Assembly (NCBI GenBank): GCA_051453625.1
Contig: JBOZIK010000001.1
Location: 15,064,432-15,102,517, forward strand
Length of the DNA: 38,086 bases
Direction of reading: 5' to 3'
Source of the DNA: Welwitschia mirabilis
Taxonomy: Eukaryota
The first letter of the stretch is position 1. Every line of letters begins with the position of its first letter. Below are positions 37,891 to 38,086 of the stretch, piece after piece. A program made the translations under genes and the position numbers. The notes beneath the pieces were generated by a model that ran no database searches, was not told the origin of the DNA, and was given only the letters and a program-made list of their open reading frames with translations.

Positions 37891-37908
37891 TGCTGCCATT
37901 TCTAAGAA
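37891..37908 (+). promoter_or_regulatory. Degenerate tRNA-Asp-type PBS (duplicate copy at 37650-37667)
   Basis: TGCTGCCATTTCTAAGAA / TGGTGTCATTTCTAAGAA differ from the Athila consensus TGGCGCCGTTGCCGGGGA mostly by C>T and G>A changes. Confidence 0.5.
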
Positions 37909-38086
37909 AGCGCACAAGGAGCTGAAGAATTTTCATTAACTAGATAACTACCTTGAATATTTTATTTAGGTTATTTATTTCAATTAATGCTATATTTCTA
38001 GTTTAGTTTAAAGTAGATTTATTTTCATAAAATTTTATTTTCTGTAATTTTTTAAGGAATCTTGTCTTCTCTCTGTCATTTTAATA

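Noticed and set aside
37530..37909. Tandem double LTR-end/PBS
   Set aside because: Near-identical ~139 bp on either side of a 100 N gap, most likely an unmerged contig overlap

Overview
AT-rich plant nuclear scaffold with several N gaps. A gymnosperm source is plausible because the gene resembles conifer PCBER (inference). The left end holds the 3' part of a PCBER/isoflavone-reductase-like gene (exon 88-222, last exon 1223-1318, middle hidden in a gap). The rest is decayed, nested LTR retrotransposon DNA, which is why the ORF track shows almost nothing intact. (1) A ~1 kb non-autonomous LTR element (minus strand, 1966-~11784) has one LTR split by a ~8.8 kb Sirevirus-type Ty1/copia element (2071-10853). 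That element's 3' LTR carries a younger antisense insertion with a perfect GGATC target-site duplication (9268-9583). (2) A ~15.7 kb Athila-like Ty3/gypsy element (minus strand, 16499-32248) has a tRNA-Asn-like PBS and two extra decayed ORFs between pol and the 3' LTR, arranged head-to-head: a sense env-like ORF and a ~221-codon antisense ORF I cannot assign to any family. (3) A Tat/Ogre-type integrase remnant, a possible tRNA-derived SINE head and an Athila-type LTR+PBS lie at the right end. The best candidate for something undescribed is the antisense ORF at 22000-22665, but it is a pseudogene here and its function is unknown. All identities and family assignments were made by eye, without database searches.
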